The position numbers and the translations under genes are program-made. A DNA stretch of 64,000 nucleotides from Waterburya sp. GTDB taxonomy: Bacteria > Cyanobacteriota > Cyanobacteriia > Cyanobacteriales > Xenococcaceae. The DNA lies in assembly GCA_965217895.1 (NCBI GenBank), contig CBDCJV010000002.1:704001-768000 (forward strand), given 5' to 3'. This document shows positions 42,912 through 53,150 of the stretch, one piece after another. The notes beneath the pieces are model-generated. The model did not search any database. It was given only the letters and a program-made list of their open reading frames with translations, and was not told the origin of the DNA. How positions within the stretch are numbered: the stretch's first letter is position 1; each line of letters begins with the position of its first letter.

Positions 42912-44075
42912 ATGATGATCGAAAAAATACTAGGAAGAAAAAATCTTAAGGTAAATATTTCTATTGTTGGCGGTTCTAATTCAGTAATGAGGCAAGGCTA
43001 TGCTAAATATTTAGATGCCTATATTAGAAAGGAAACCTCTTTAGAAACATCGCTAAAATATTATTCTTTGGGTGGTGTACCTAACATTTTTGGTACTATT
43101 CAAGAACACAGATACAACATAGGTGTCAACAGTGATATTGTATTTTTTGAATATTGTGTAAACGATCGCCATGCTATTGAGATAGACCAGTATTCTCTGG
43201 AATTGGTTGGAAAAGCATTAGAAGGATTTATTAGAAAAGTAAACAAATCAAATCCTAACTGCTTAATAGTCATTCTGATATTCGGAATTAATCTAGACAA
43301 TTTTTATAATAATCATTGTCATTTATCAGAGCTTTATCAAAAAATAGGCAATCATTACGGTTTGCCAACAATCGATATTACTAAAGTATTAAGCAATACT
43401 TATAGTTTAGAGTACGTTAAAGCTTTATATAATGATAGAGATCATGCCCATTATTCTAGACCCAGAGGAGTACAAATTGTTTCTCAGACTATTGTAAAAG
43501 AGCTAAAAAGGCTCGGAATAATCAATAATCTACAAGCAATTAAAAACAGCATAAACAAACAAAATAAGCAGTTAGAAATATCTCCTATTTATTATGATAA
43601 TTTTGAGGAGTTGGCTTTTCTTGAACGTTTTGAAAATGACAATTGCTTTTCAAAGCCTCCCAAAATATCAGTTTACCAAAACACAGTTTTCAGGGAAAAA
43701 AATTTTACTATTTATCAAGGCAATTCTTTGAAGTTTCTTTTAAAAGGGAAGCTAATGGCAATTTTTATTAAATCCGATCTTAATGATGGTTTTATTACCA
43801 TTGAATTTAATAAACAACGTATTGTTACTAGCTCCTATTCTTCTTGGGTTAATAATATTAAACCTCAAAACGTTATCAATTTAATTGCTTTACCTTTACG
43901 CCGATTTTCAGCATCTGAGGACTTTGCGATCGCATCAATCAGTTTATGTCCAGAATATCCCCATGATTTTGAGTTGGATTTTAATAAAGCTGTTCCAACT
44001 AAAAAAGACCCTAAAAAATGGAAACTAAGCATTATAGGCATTGCCTATATTGGTGAAATAAAACCGTTAAACTAA
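42912..44075 (+). CDS. SGNH/GDSL hydrolase-like protein
   Basis: GGSNS block I, EYCVND block III, DHAH block V. Confidence 0.7.
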   Translation: MMIEKILGRKNLKVNISIVGGSNSVMRQGYAKYLDAYIRKETSLETSLKYYSLGGVPNIFGTIQEHRYNIGVNSDIVFFEYCVNDRHAIEIDQYSLELVGKALEGFIRKVNKSNPNCLIVILIFGINLDNFYNNHCHLSELYQKIGNHYGLPTIDITKVLSNTYSLEYVKALYNDRDHAHYSRPRGVQIVSQTIVKELKRLGIINNLQAIKNSINKQNKQLEISPIYYDNFEELAFLERFENDNCFSKPPKISVYQNTVFREKNFTIYQGNSLKFLLKGKLMAIFIKSDLNDGFITIEFNKQRIVTSSYSSWVNNIKPQNVINLIALPLRRFSASEDFAIASISLCPEYPHDFELDFNKAVPTKKDPKKWKLSIIGIAYIGEIKPLN

Positions 44076-44186
44076 TTAACCTTAGTTCTGGTTAATTTAT
44101 TTAACGGTTAGCGACTAGTAACCATCAACAATCAATTAGAGTATTAAAACTAAACCTCTTGAAAATATGAAAACGCTATAAACAAG

Positions 44187-44396
44187 CTATTTGGATTTAT
44201 AGTTACTATCTAACCAGCATTGAGGAAGATTTTCTCCAGAAGGAAAAACTAGATTTTGCTTGTCAAAAGGTTCTGGAGGCTGTTCATTTTGACCAGCTTG
44301 CATTTGACCTGTTACTTTGTCCTTGAAAGGATCGATTAATTCATCTATTTCAGAAATTTCGACCAATTCATCGTCCTGCTTGTTTTTTAATAACAT
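44187..44396 (-). CDS. Small conserved cyanobacterial protein
   Basis: LIDPF…QAGQNEQ…LVFPSGENLPQCW motif. Confidence 0.75.
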   Translation of the reverse strand: MLLKNKQDDELVEISEIDELIDPFKDKVTGQMQAGQNEQPPEPFDKQNLVFPSGENLPQCWLDSNYKSK

Positions 44397-44589
44397 TAAA
44401 TAGCCCCTTGCTTATGAATGTAAATAAAATATTGTAGGTAGTTGACTTGAAATTTATTACAAGAACAACTGGCAATATTTACACACTCAAAATACTATAA
44501 ACTCGATGCTATTTCCATCTGGCAAAAGGCTTAGATTTTAAGACACACATTATAATCGTATCTCACGGCTATAAAGCTTAAATCAGCAT

Positions 44590-45165
44590 TTAATCAGTTA
44601 AACCGCCAAACACACCCTTGAGGGCAGCGATCGCATCTTCTGCTGCTGCCCAAATACCGTCTTCTGGTTCGTTCCCTGTTAATTGGCGTACGCCATAATA
44701 GTAAATTGCCCCTTTTAATTGTTCTTGATGAGCGCGATTTTTAAAGTTGGCTTTATTGATCGGGTCTACTAGTTTTTGCAAAATACCGTCAGTTGCTTGA
44801 GCTGCTTTATGCACCAATAAACCAGTCATTACTAACTGATGCTTTAGCCCTTCGTGCTGCATAAATTTTTCGTATATGTCCAAATGATTTTCAGACATAA
44901 TACTTTCGATAGTTTGCACCATATTGGTAACGGTATCACTGGGTTGTGAAGTCATTTCCAATTCAGCAATAGCTTCATCAATTGCAGTTAAACTTTTGCG
45001 ATCGTCCTCTAACATATCTGTTAAAGTTTCTGTAACTTTTTTGTTATCAGTGCTTGCCTTTAATAACTTTTCTTCGTTGGAAATCATTAAATTTTGCAGA
45101 GTTTTCATATCTGCTAATTTACGAGCGATCGCATTTTTCTTTGTAGTTTCTAATGTAGCTGCCAT
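44590..45165 (-). CDS. Ferritin/hemerythrin-like helical protein
   Basis: KLADMK…QHEGLKHQ…HKAAQ…NFKNRAHQEQLK; His/Glu-rich four-helix pattern. Confidence 0.65.
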   Translation of the reverse strand: MAATLETTKKNAIARKLADMKTLQNLMISNEEKLLKASTDNKKVTETLTDMLEDDRKSLTAIDEAIAELEMTSQPSDTVTNMVQTIESIMSENHLDIYEKFMQHEGLKHQLVMTGLLVHKAAQATDGILQKLVDPINKANFKNRAHQEQLKGAIYYYGVRQLTGNEPEDGIWAAAEDAIAALKGVFGGLTD

Positions 45166-45518
45166 AAGCTGCTTTTACTCCAATTTCTAATTAATTTCGT
45201 CTAACTGTTATAGTCTGACGTTAATTTTCACGAGAAACATCCTACTTATGATTGATCGATGTTTCCATTTAGCAATTAGAATTAAGTAGACAATGAGGGC
45301 ATTGCTAAATCGGGGTATGATTCACCAACGCCGAAAATATTGTAGGGTCAGAGGTCAGCAAGGTTTATCTTGTTTGCCAACTTAGGATTAAACTTTTCAG
45401 ACTAACTTACAACGATAAATAATTTTATTTTGCTACCTGTTAAAAATGACAGGTGTTTATAGTTTCTGTACTTTAACTATCTTTTATTCCTGTACCTATC
45501 GCTAGTGTCAACTATTCC

Positions 45519-45561
45519 GTAGCAAAATACACAGGCCGATCGAGGACTAAACTTCTAATCT
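45519..45561 (+). promoter_or_regulatory. Candidate NtcA-activated promoter
   Basis: GTA-GCAAAATA-CAC (45519-45532), 23 nt spacer, then TAATCT (TAN3T) at 45556-45561. Confidence 0.55.
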
Positions 45562-45614
45562 GGTCGGTAACTCAGTCGAAAATTAACCGACTGTTGCAGT
45601 CTTGAAGTGAAATA

Positions 45615-46895
45615 ATGAAAAAGCACTACTCCGTAATAGTTGTGGGTGGTGGTCAAGCTGGTCTTTCAATCAGTTATTGTTTGAAGCAAAAAGGCATCGA
45701 CCACATTGTATTTGAAAAGAATCAGATTGGTTATTCTTGGCAACAAAAACGCTGGGATACATTCTGCCTGGTGACACCTAACTGGCAATGTACTCTCCCT
45801 GGTTATCATTATCCAGGTGACGATCCTGACGGTTTTATGGAAAGAGATGCGATCGTTGAATATGTAAAGGATTATGCCAAATTTTTCAACCCACCAATCA
45901 AAGAAGGAGTAGAAGTATTTTCAGTTAAGAAAAATAATTCTCAAGGGTTATTTGAACTAGCGACTTCTATTGACAACTATACGGCGGATCAGGTTGTTGT
46001 CGCCACAGGCAGCTATCATCAGGCGAAAGTGCCGAGAATGGCGGAAAGGTTTACGGGCGATGTAATGCAACTGCATTCTTCTGACTACAAAAACCCTGAG
46101 TTATTGCCAGAAGGAGAAGTATTAGTAATCGGTAGTGGGCAATCTGGTTGTCAGATAGCAGAAGACTTACACTTGGCAGGTAGAAAAACTCATCTTTGCG
46201 TTGGTGGCGCACCGCGATCGCCTCGTAAGTATCGGGGCAAAGATGTTGTAGATTGGTTAGACCGACTGGGATATTACGATCTGAGTATAGATAAACACGC
46301 CGATCCTGAAAGTGTAAGAAACAAAACTAACCATTATCTTACAGGTCGCGATGGTGGTCATGAAATAGACTTAAGACAGTTTGCTAAAGAGGGAATGCAG
46401 CTATATGGTTCACTCAAAGATATTCAGGGCGATCGCTTAGAATTTAAATCCAATCTAAAGCACAACCTGGATCGCGCTGATAATGTAGCCGAAAGTATTA
46501 AAAAGACTATCGATGAATACATCGTCAGAAAAGAAATAGATGCGCCTACCGAAGAGGCTTATAAGCCAGTTTGGCAACCAGAAGAAGTTGCGCAACTTGA
46601 CTATAAAAAAAGCAACATCACTTCTGTAATTTGGTGTATTGGCTATCAAACTAACTTTAACTGGATTAAAGTTCCTGTATTTGACGGGCTAGGCTATCCT
46701 AGCCACGATCGCGGTGTTACAAGTGCCAGGGGCTTATATTTCGTAGGTCTTCCTTGGCTGTATACCTGGGGTTCGGGAAGATTTTCAGGTATAGCCAGAG
46801 ATGCCGAATATCTGTCTGACTACATTGCCAACAGGATGAAATATGCCTATCCAGGTACATTGCTGGCTGTTAATGAAGCTGCGCTCGGCTCTTAA
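45615..46895 (+). CDS. Flavin-dependent oxidoreductase, MSMEG_0569/NitH family (Nit1C cluster)
   Basis: GGGQAG, RWDTFCLVTPNW, HSSDY, GSGQSGCQIAEDL, WGSGRFSG. Confidence 0.88.
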   Translation: MKKHYSVIVVGGGQAGLSISYCLKQKGIDHIVFEKNQIGYSWQQKRWDTFCLVTPNWQCTLPGYHYPGDDPDGFMERDAIVEYVKDYAKFFNPPIKEGVEVFSVKKNNSQGLFELATSIDNYTADQVVVATGSYHQAKVPRMAERFTGDVMQLHSSDYKNPELLPEGEVLVIGSGQSGCQIAEDLHLAGRKTHLCVGGAPRSPRKYRGKDVVDWLDRLGYYDLSIDKHADPESVRNKTNHYLTGRDGGHEIDLRQFAKEGMQLYGSLKDIQGDRLEFKSNLKHNLDRADNVAESIKKTIDEYIVRKEIDAPTEEAYKPVWQPEEVAQLDYKKSNITSVIWCIGYQTNFNWIKVPVFDGLGYPSHDRGVTSARGLYFVGLPWLYTWGSGRFSGIARDAEYLSDYIANRMKYAYPGTLLAVNEAALGS

Positions 46896-47000
46896 CAATG
46901 AACAATGAACAATGAACAATGAACAATTGTAGAACAATTGTAGGGTGGGCATGAAGATAAGTCTTGTATTCAAAAAGCAATTTTAAATTGCCCACCGCTA
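46894..47000. repeat. Heptamer tandem repeat (AACAATG)x4 plus a REP-like inverted repeat
   Basis: aacaatg tandem at 46894-46921; gtagggtgggca…tgcccaccgcta at 46940-47000. Confidence 0.75.
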
Positions 47001-47044
47001 ACGATAAATAATGATTGATAAACTATTTAAAAGGAAAATAAATT

Positions 47045-47527
47045 ATGCCTGAAGTTACTACCCCCGCACACAAAGCTGGTGATTTCTTTGTCGATTACGA
47101 AGAAAAAGTATTTCCCGATATTAAAGCTGAACCAGGAGAAAAAGCATTAGTTACATTTCATACCGTGGCTTTTGAAGGTTCGATTGGTTTAGTAAATTTA
47201 TTACAGGCTACCCGCTTGATTCGCAAAGGTTTTGATACCTCGGTGTTGCTTTATGGTCCTGGGGTAACGTTAGGAATACAGCGAGGCTTTCCGAAGATTG
47301 GCGATGAATCTTTTCCTGGACATCAGGCGATGAACAACCAGCTAATCAAAATTATGGAAGAGGGTGCAAAAGTCTATGCCTGTCGTTTTGCACTGCAAGC
47401 ATTATATGGACATGGTGAACCCTCTCTAATTCCTGGAATTACCCCCATTAACCCTTTAGATGTACTGGATATAGTCTTGATGCACCGCAAAGAAGGCGCA
47501 TTTATCCTTGATACTTGGACAATGTAA
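47045..47527 (+). CDS. MSMEG_0572/Sll0783 family protein (NitB, DsrE-like)
   Basis: [33 protein letters not shown]. Confidence 0.9.
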   Translation: MPEVTTPAHKAGDFFVDYEEKVFPDIKAEPGEKALVTFHTVAFEGSIGLVNLLQATRLIRKGFDTSVLLYGPGVTLGIQRGFPKIGDESFPGHQAMNNQLIKIMEEGAKVYACRFALQALYGHGEPSLIPGITPINPLDVLDIVLMHRKEGAFILDTWTM

Positions 47528-47626
47528 GTCGTAGCTAGTTTAGAACCTATCACTTAGAAGATAACTGTTTGTAAGTAGGAAGTAATAAGTTTAAACCTGC
47601 TGTCAATGTTCGATGGTAAATGATAA

Positions 47627-48655
47627 ATGATGAATGTAAAAGCAGCAGCAGTACAAATATCTCCTGTGCTTTATAGCCAAGAAGGAACTACAGAGAAAGT
47701 TTTAAAAGCGATCACCGATGCTGGCAAAGAAGGGGTGCAGTTAATTGTTTTCCCTGAAACCTTTATTCCCTACTACCCTTATTTCTCTTTTATACAGCCA
47801 CCCGTGTTGATGGGTAAGGAACACATGAGGCTATATGAGGAAGCGGTATCGATTCCTAGTCCTGTTACCGAAGCGGTTAGTAAAGCAGCTAAAGCTAACT
47901 CAATGGTAGTAGTTTTGGGAGTTAACGAACGGGACGGAGGTTCTCTATATAATACTCAGTTAATCTTTGATGCTGATGGTAGTTTATTACTCAAACGCCG
48001 TAAGATAACTCCTACCTACCACGAACGAATGATTTGGGGACAGGGAGACGGATCGGGATTACAGGTATTAGACACGGCTGTCGGTAAAGTGGGTGCTTTA
48101 GCCTGTTGGGAACACTATAATCCTCTAGCTAGATATAGTCTGATGGCACAGCAGGAACAAATACATTGCGCTCAATTTCCTGGTTCGATGGTGGGGCAAA
48201 TCTTTGCCGATCAAACCGAGGTGACGATTAAACATCATGCTTTAGAGGCTGGTTGTTTTGTGGTTAATTCGACTGGCTGGCTAAGTCCCGAACAAGTTGT
48301 TGAAATATGTCCCGATGAGAATCTGCGACGGGTTTTAACTGGTGGCTGCTACACCACTATCATTTCTCCCGAAGGTGTTTGCCTGTGTGAACCCATAACA
48401 GAAGGAGAAGGCATGGCGATCGCCGATTTGGATTTCTCTTTAATTACTAAACGCAAGCGGATGATGGACTCAGTGGGACACTATTCCCGTCCCGATCTAT
48501 TGCAGCTTCAGGTGAATCAAGATGCTCGTAATGTTTGGCAACAAACACCCACAGATTATGCGATCGCCTCAGAAAATGAACTAGCTATTAATGGCAAATT
48601 ACCAACTCCAGAATTACCAAAAATTAACGAACCAAAACCTATAACTAATAATTAA
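47627..48655 (+). CDS. Nit6803-type nitrilase (NitC)
   Basis: Catalytic E (FPETF), K ([11 protein letters not shown]) and C (ACWEHYNPL). Confidence 0.93.
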   Translation: MMNVKAAAVQISPVLYSQEGTTEKVLKAITDAGKEGVQLIVFPETFIPYYPYFSFIQPPVLMGKEHMRLYEEAVSIPSPVTEAVSKAAKANSMVVVLGVNERDGGSLYNTQLIFDADGSLLLKRRKITPTYHERMIWGQGDGSGLQVLDTAVGKVGALACWEHYNPLARYSLMAQQEQIHCAQFPGSMVGQIFADQTEVTIKHHALEAGCFVVNSTGWLSPEQVVEICPDENLRRVLTGGCYTTIISPEGVCLCEPITEGEGMAIADLDFSLITKRKRMMDSVGHYSRPDLLQLQVNQDARNVWQQTPTDYAIASENELAINGKLPTPELPKINEPKPITNN

Positions 48656-48689
48656 CAATTCTACGCGCCTTAATCGTGCCGCGATCGCC

Positions 48690-49802
48690 ATGACAAATGA
48701 GCAAAAACGCAAATTAATTACAGATCTACAGTCCCAAGGATTAAAACTAGCTGAAAACATTACAGGTGCAGCAGGAAGAAAAGGTGGTGCAGGTCCATCA
48801 GATCACAAAGCTGTAACAATAGACGGCACAACGGTCATGATACCCGTTTACACTAGTGTTGCTGCTAAATCTAACTATACACTTGCAGATTTTCACAAAC
48901 AGTCGCTCAACTATAAGAAATCTTATGTTTTAGAAAAGAATGAAGAGGGTATTGCATCGATCCAATTTCCCAACCAGCCCAAATTTTATAGCCTCAAAAC
49001 TGCCGAAGGGATACCCTACAGTCACATTGCTTTATTGCATAGCCATAACGTCCTTGCCACAACAGTTTTACAAAGCTGCATCCGCTATAGTAACCGCAAT
49101 ACAGCCTGTCAATTTTGCGCCATCGAACAATCTCTAGCAGCAGAAAAAACGATCGCCCAAAAAACTCCCGAACAATTAGCAGAAGTGGCAGCAGCAGCAG
49201 TTGAGCTTGACGGTATAGAACAGTTAGTAATGACTACAGGCACACCCAATACGACAGATCGAGGGGCAGCCTATTTAATTGAATGCGCCAAAGCAGTCAA
49301 AGCGAGAGTCAATTTACCTATTCAGGCACAGTGCGAACCTCCCGATGATTTTATTTGGTTTAAACGAATGAAAGCCTGGGGAATAGATAGTTTGGGAATG
49401 CACCTCGAAGTAATTGAACCAGAAGTGCGCGATCGCATTATGCCAGGCAAAGCCAAAGTATCTCTAGATTATTACTTTCAAGCATTTGAGGCAGCAGCAA
49501 AAGTCTTTGGTTGGGGACAGGTAAGCACTTACATTTTGGCAGGTTTAGGAGACAGCTTAGAAAGCATCACCGATACTTGCGATCGCTTAATAAAGCTAGG
49601 AGTTTATCCCTTTGTTGTTCCCTTTATTCCCGTTACTGGAACACCATTAGCCAACCATCAACCCCCCAGCAGCGAATTTATGTATGCAATCTATGAACAG
49701 GTAGGGGCAATGTTAAATCATGCAGGTATGTCCTCCCAAGATATTAAAGCTGGCTGTGCCAAGTGTGGTGCTTGTTCTGCACTTTCTACCTTTGAACATT
49801 AA
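48690..49802 (+). CDS. MSMEG_0568 family radical SAM protein (NitD)
   Basis: RKGGAGPSDH, C-x8-CQFC, C-terminal CAKCGACS. Confidence 0.9.
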   Translation: MTNEQKRKLITDLQSQGLKLAENITGAAGRKGGAGPSDHKAVTIDGTTVMIPVYTSVAAKSNYTLADFHKQSLNYKKSYVLEKNEEGIASIQFPNQPKFYSLKTAEGIPYSHIALLHSHNVLATTVLQSCIRYSNRNTACQFCAIEQSLAAEKTIAQKTPEQLAEVAAAAVELDGIEQLVMTTGTPNTTDRGAAYLIECAKAVKARVNLPIQAQCEPPDDFIWFKRMKAWGIDSLGMHLEVIEPEVRDRIMPGKAKVSLDYYFQAFEAAAKVFGWGQVSTYILAGLGDSLESITDTCDRLIKLGVYPFVVPFIPVTGTPLANHQPPSSEFMYAIYEQVGAMLNHAGMSSQDIKAGCAKCGACSALSTFEH

Positions 49803-49847
49803 GCGCATTGAACATTGCATCAAATAATTAACAACAACTAACGACGA

Positions 49848-50354
49848 ATGACTAAATACCAATTTAAACTAGCTTTATCACCAGCCCATATAGAAGCTTA
49901 CTTTCTACTAAGACAACAAATTTTCTGTCAAGAACAAGGTATCTTTCAAATGAGCGATCGCGATAACTATGACTCAATCGCTTATCCTATTGTTGCCATC
50001 AATAATGATAACAAGGTTGTCGGAGTTGTCAGGATCTATGAAACCGAACCTGGACTTTGGTACGGTGGCAGACTTGGGGTACATCCAGATTATCGACGAG
50101 GGTGGAAGATTGGCAAAGAATTAATCAATAAAGCGGTAACTACGGCTAATGCTTGGGGCTGCGATCGCTTTTTAGCCACAGTTCAATTAACTAACGTGCG
50201 CTTTTTTCAAAGATTACACTGGAACTCAGTTGAAGAAATTTCTATTTGCGATCAACCCCATCATCTAATGGAAGCTGAACTAGCTTTTTATCCCCCCACG
50301 AATCAAACTCGTCCTAGTTTACCAATGCAGCTACAGCAATTATCCGTTAGCTGA
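49848..50354 (+). CDS. MSMEG_0567 N-terminal/Sll0786-like GNAT acetyltransferase (NitE)
   Basis: LRQQIFCQEQ, WYGGRLGV, FLATVQ, FFQRLHW. Confidence 0.88.
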   Translation: MTKYQFKLALSPAHIEAYFLLRQQIFCQEQGIFQMSDRDNYDSIAYPIVAINNDNKVVGVVRIYETEPGLWYGGRLGVHPDYRRGWKIGKELINKAVTTANAWGCDRFLATVQLTNVRFFQRLHWNSVEEISICDQPHHLMEAELAFYPPTNQTRPSLPMQLQQLSVS

Positions 50355-50377
50355 CATTAACTCCTTATCAAATTCAG

Positions 50378-50689
50378 CTAACTAATAAAAATTTCAATTG
50401 AACTCAAAAGGTTTGGAAGCTTATTTTGAACTACATCCCAAACGACATCAAGATCAATTTGATCGTATTTATGTACAATTATTTCTCGCCACCTAATTTC
50501 TGGATGACTTTGACGAAACGACTCAGATAATCTTTTAGTTGCCTCGCCAATAATTGTAATTTGATAAAGGATTGCCGAAATTTTTTCATCGTTAGCTTCT
50601 AGCTCTAAAAAGCTGATGCCATCTGAGTAATGTAAAATACGTTTAATAGCATTAACTATATTAATCAGAGATTCTTTGTCACGCAGCAT
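50378..50689 (-). pseudogene. HepT/DUF86 HEPN toxin with a deletion in the RNase motif
   Basis: IIGEATKRLS…HPEIRWREI-IVHKYD…DVVW; the usual AGMR(D/N) segment before the His is missing. Confidence 0.7.
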
Positions 50690-50993
50690 AAATAACTCGT
50701 GCAGAGTCTATAATATTGTCTTTTCTAAGCCAATTATCGCTGCGCTCGATCGCTGCTTTAACAATCAAGTCCACCTTTCTATCAAAAATAGCCTCAAGCT
50801 CATCTTGCATTTGTATAGTTTCAGTTAGCCCTCTTTTTGTGTTGGCATCGAAGCTTACCAATACGTCAATATCGCTGGAGACATTGAAATCGTCACGCAA
50901 AACAGAGCCAAATAGAGCAAATTCAATAATCTGCCATTAATGGCAAAATTTTTTGATTTTATCTAAAGGTATGTCGATATTTTGAAACTCCAT
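50679..50993 (-). pseudogene. MNT nucleotidyltransferase antitoxin with an in-frame TAA
   Basis: MEFQNIDIPLDKIKKFCH*WQIIEFALFGSVLRDDFNVSSDIDVLV; stop at 50937-50939. Confidence 0.8.
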
Positions 50994-51065
50994 AGACAAC
51001 CAAATTCTTAAACCTCAGCTTAGTATTATAGGCGATCAAAAGACCGCTTAAGAGCCGATTGTATC

Positions 51066-51230
51066 TAGGGCGTGTCATCAATTAAAAAAAAGAGCTTTTT
51101 TTGGTATTTTAACGACCTACTGCGTCGAAAAATAACCTCCGTAGCCCTGCTATGCAGAACATTTTTCTTCTTGTATCTCGCTAAAATACGCTGCAAAAGC
51201 ATTCTTCCCCTCAATTGATGACACGCCCTA
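51066..51230. mobile_element. MITE with perfect 18-bp terminal inverted repeats
   Basis: tagggcgtgtcatcaatt … aattgatgacacgcccta; no coding capacity. Confidence 0.85.
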
Positions 51231-51577
51231 AGCAAATAATATAAATTATGTCGCGAACAAAACCAAAAATTGAGGAATTTATAAGTAGATACTTTAAATG
51301 AGGAAGAAATTTTAGTAACATTACTATCTTTGCAGAGCCAAACAGCAAAAAACTATAATCTAACTAACCCTAACGCCACCAAAGTGATTTTTTCAGCTTT
51401 AACTTAAAAATAGCGATCGCGAAGAGAAATTCATAACTTATGATGTAAGTTGGCAGGCTTATAAGTCATCAGTCAATACTTGCATTGTTTAGTATTTTTA
51501 TAATTTGGCAATCAGCAATTAGGCGTAGATAGTTTAAAAAATCGCTTAATCGCTCTTTTTTGCTGTAATTACCAAAT

Positions 51578-51605
51578 GTAATGTAGATTACGTAAAAATA
51601 ACTAC
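51578..51605 (+). promoter_or_regulatory. Two back-to-back NtcA consensus boxes upstream of cynS
   Basis: GTA-ATGTAGAT-TAC (51578-51591) and GTA-AAAATAAC-TAC (51592-51605). Confidence 0.65.
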
Positions 51606-51655
51606 AAACTTAAAATTTAAAAAACGCTTTAATGACTTAACAGCAAAATGTCAGC

Positions 51656-51750
51656 ATGGCGATTGCAAGACAGCGCGGTCTTGAGGTTTCCTCAAGTGGA
51701 GCGACTGTCGAGGGTGGGTAAGCTGGCTAAACGCCAGCACCCTTCGCCAT
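51656..51750. repeat. Nested palindromic short dispersed repeat in the cynS leader
   Basis: atggcga…tcgccat enclosing cttgagg/cctcaag, agggtg/caccct and gctggc/gccagc; shares actgtcgaggg with the 14.4-kb mosaic. Confidence 0.65.
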
Positions 51751-51919
51751 CAATTACAGATATGGTAATTTCCTCAAGCACAAAAGCTATAGATAAGTGA
51801 GGTAATGTGTTAGCTCCCAACGAGGAAATCTGAGTGAATTAGATTTGATTTATATGATGTGTGGTGTGTTCACATGACTACGGATCGCTGGAAATTTATG
51901 GCGGAGGAGGAATTAAATT

Positions 51920-52366
51920 ATGAAAGTATTTCCCGAAATCACTGAAAAATTATTAGCAGCTAAAAAAGAAAAAGGAATTACCTTTGAGGATCTAGAAAAG
52001 GCAGTCGGACGAGATGAAACTTGGATCGCTTCGGTTATCTATCGTCAAGCCAGTGCAGATATGGACGAAGCTACAAAAATAGTTACCACTTTAGGTTTAC
52101 CAGAATCAATGGCTGAACCTCTTACAGTTGCACCCCTAAAGGGTTCTCTTGAGCCTCAAATACCTACCGACCCATTAATTTATCGTTTTTACGAAATTAT
52201 GCAGGTATACGGAATGCCAATCAAAGCCGTAGTCCATGAAAAATTTGGGGATGGCATCATGAGTGCAATTGATTTTTCAGTTGAAGTAGAGAAAGTAGAA
52301 GATCCAAAAGGCGATCGCGTACAGATAGTAATGTGTGGTAAATTTTTACCTTATAAGAAATGGTAG
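51920..52366 (+). CDS. cynS: Cyanase (cyanate lyase)
   Basis: [39 protein letters not shown]. Confidence 0.95.
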   Translation: MKVFPEITEKLLAAKKEKGITFEDLEKAVGRDETWIASVIYRQASADMDEATKIVTTLGLPESMAEPLTVAPLKGSLEPQIPTDPLIYRFYEIMQVYGMPIKAVVHEKFGDGIMSAIDFSVEVEKVEDPKGDRVQIVMCGKFLPYKKW

Positions 52367-52370
52367 ATTT

Positions 52371-52673
52371 ATGTATCTAACACCAAAAGAAATGGAGCGG
52401 TTAACGATATTTACCGCTGCCGAAATTGCCCGTCGTCGCAAAGCCAAAGGGATTAAATTAAATGTCCCCGAAGCGATCGCCTATATTACCGATGCGCTGG
52501 TAGAAGGGGCGAGGGAAGATAAAACTGTAGCTCAATTAATGAGCGAGGGTGCAGAATTACTGACAATGGATGATGTCTTACCAGGAGTAACAGAATTGAT
52601 TCCCTTAATTCAAGTAGAGGCACATTTTCTTGATGGCACGAAGTTAATTAGTGTTCATAATCCGATTAGATAG
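52371..52673 (+). CDS. ureA: Urease gamma subunit (divergent)
   Basis: MYLTPKE…LNVPEA…EGARE…[22 protein letters not shown] 4 nt after the cynS stop. Confidence 0.9.
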   Translation: MYLTPKEMERLTIFTAAEIARRRKAKGIKLNVPEAIAYITDALVEGAREDKTVAQLMSEGAELLTMDDVLPGVTELIPLIQVEAHFLDGTKLISVHNPIR

Positions 52674-52731
52674 CCCTAGTTCTAGTAGTAAGTAAGATAA
52701 GGGCGAACGGTCGTTCGCCTGTACAAAAATT

Positions 52732-53097
52732 ATGATTCCAGGTGAAATATTTTTTGCAGAGGATGAGATTGAAATTAATGCAGGTAGAGAGAAGAAAACG
52801 ATCGCGGTAGATAATACAGGCGATCGTCCGATTCAAGTCGGTTCTCATTTTCACTTTTTTGAAGTCAATCGAGCATTAGCATTTGATCGCCCTGCTGCGT
52901 TTGGTTTTCGTTTGGATATTCCTTCTGGAACGGCAGTACGTTTTGAACCTGGAGATACTAAAGAAATTATTTTAGTTGCCCTTGGAGGAAACAGGCGAGT
53001 TATCGGACTTAATAATTTAACCAACGGTGCATTAGATAATTCAGAAATTGAAGCTGTTGCGATCGCTAATGCCCAACAATTAGGTTTTTATCAATAA
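52732..53097 (+). CDS. ureB: Urease beta subunit
   Basis: [40 protein letters not shown]. Confidence 0.93.
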   Translation: MIPGEIFFAEDEIEINAGREKKTIAVDNTGDRPIQVGSHFHFFEVNRALAFDRPAAFGFRLDIPSGTAVRFEPGDTKEIILVALGGNRRVIGLNNLTNGALDNSEIEAVAIANAQQLGFYQ

Positions 53098-53099
53098 CT

Positions 53100-53127
53100 G
53101 TAGGGGCGATTTGCGAATCGCCCCTAC
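53100..53127. repeat. GTAG-type REP-like palindrome
   Basis: gtaggggcgatt-tgcg-aatcgcccctac; related palindrome at 52700-52720. Confidence 0.75.
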
Positions 53128-53150
53128 GACTACTAACAATTAACCACAAC

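Noticed and set aside
51249..51410. Possible missing Nit1C small gene after the MITE
   Set aside because: Only short interrupted reading frames, with no resemblance to the MSMEG_0570-type or AIR-synthase-like proteins.
51760..51915. Possible guanidine (ykkC) or glutamine riboswitch upstream of cynS
   Set aside because: I could not find the conserved cores of these riboswitches; an Infernal scan would be needed to exclude them fully.
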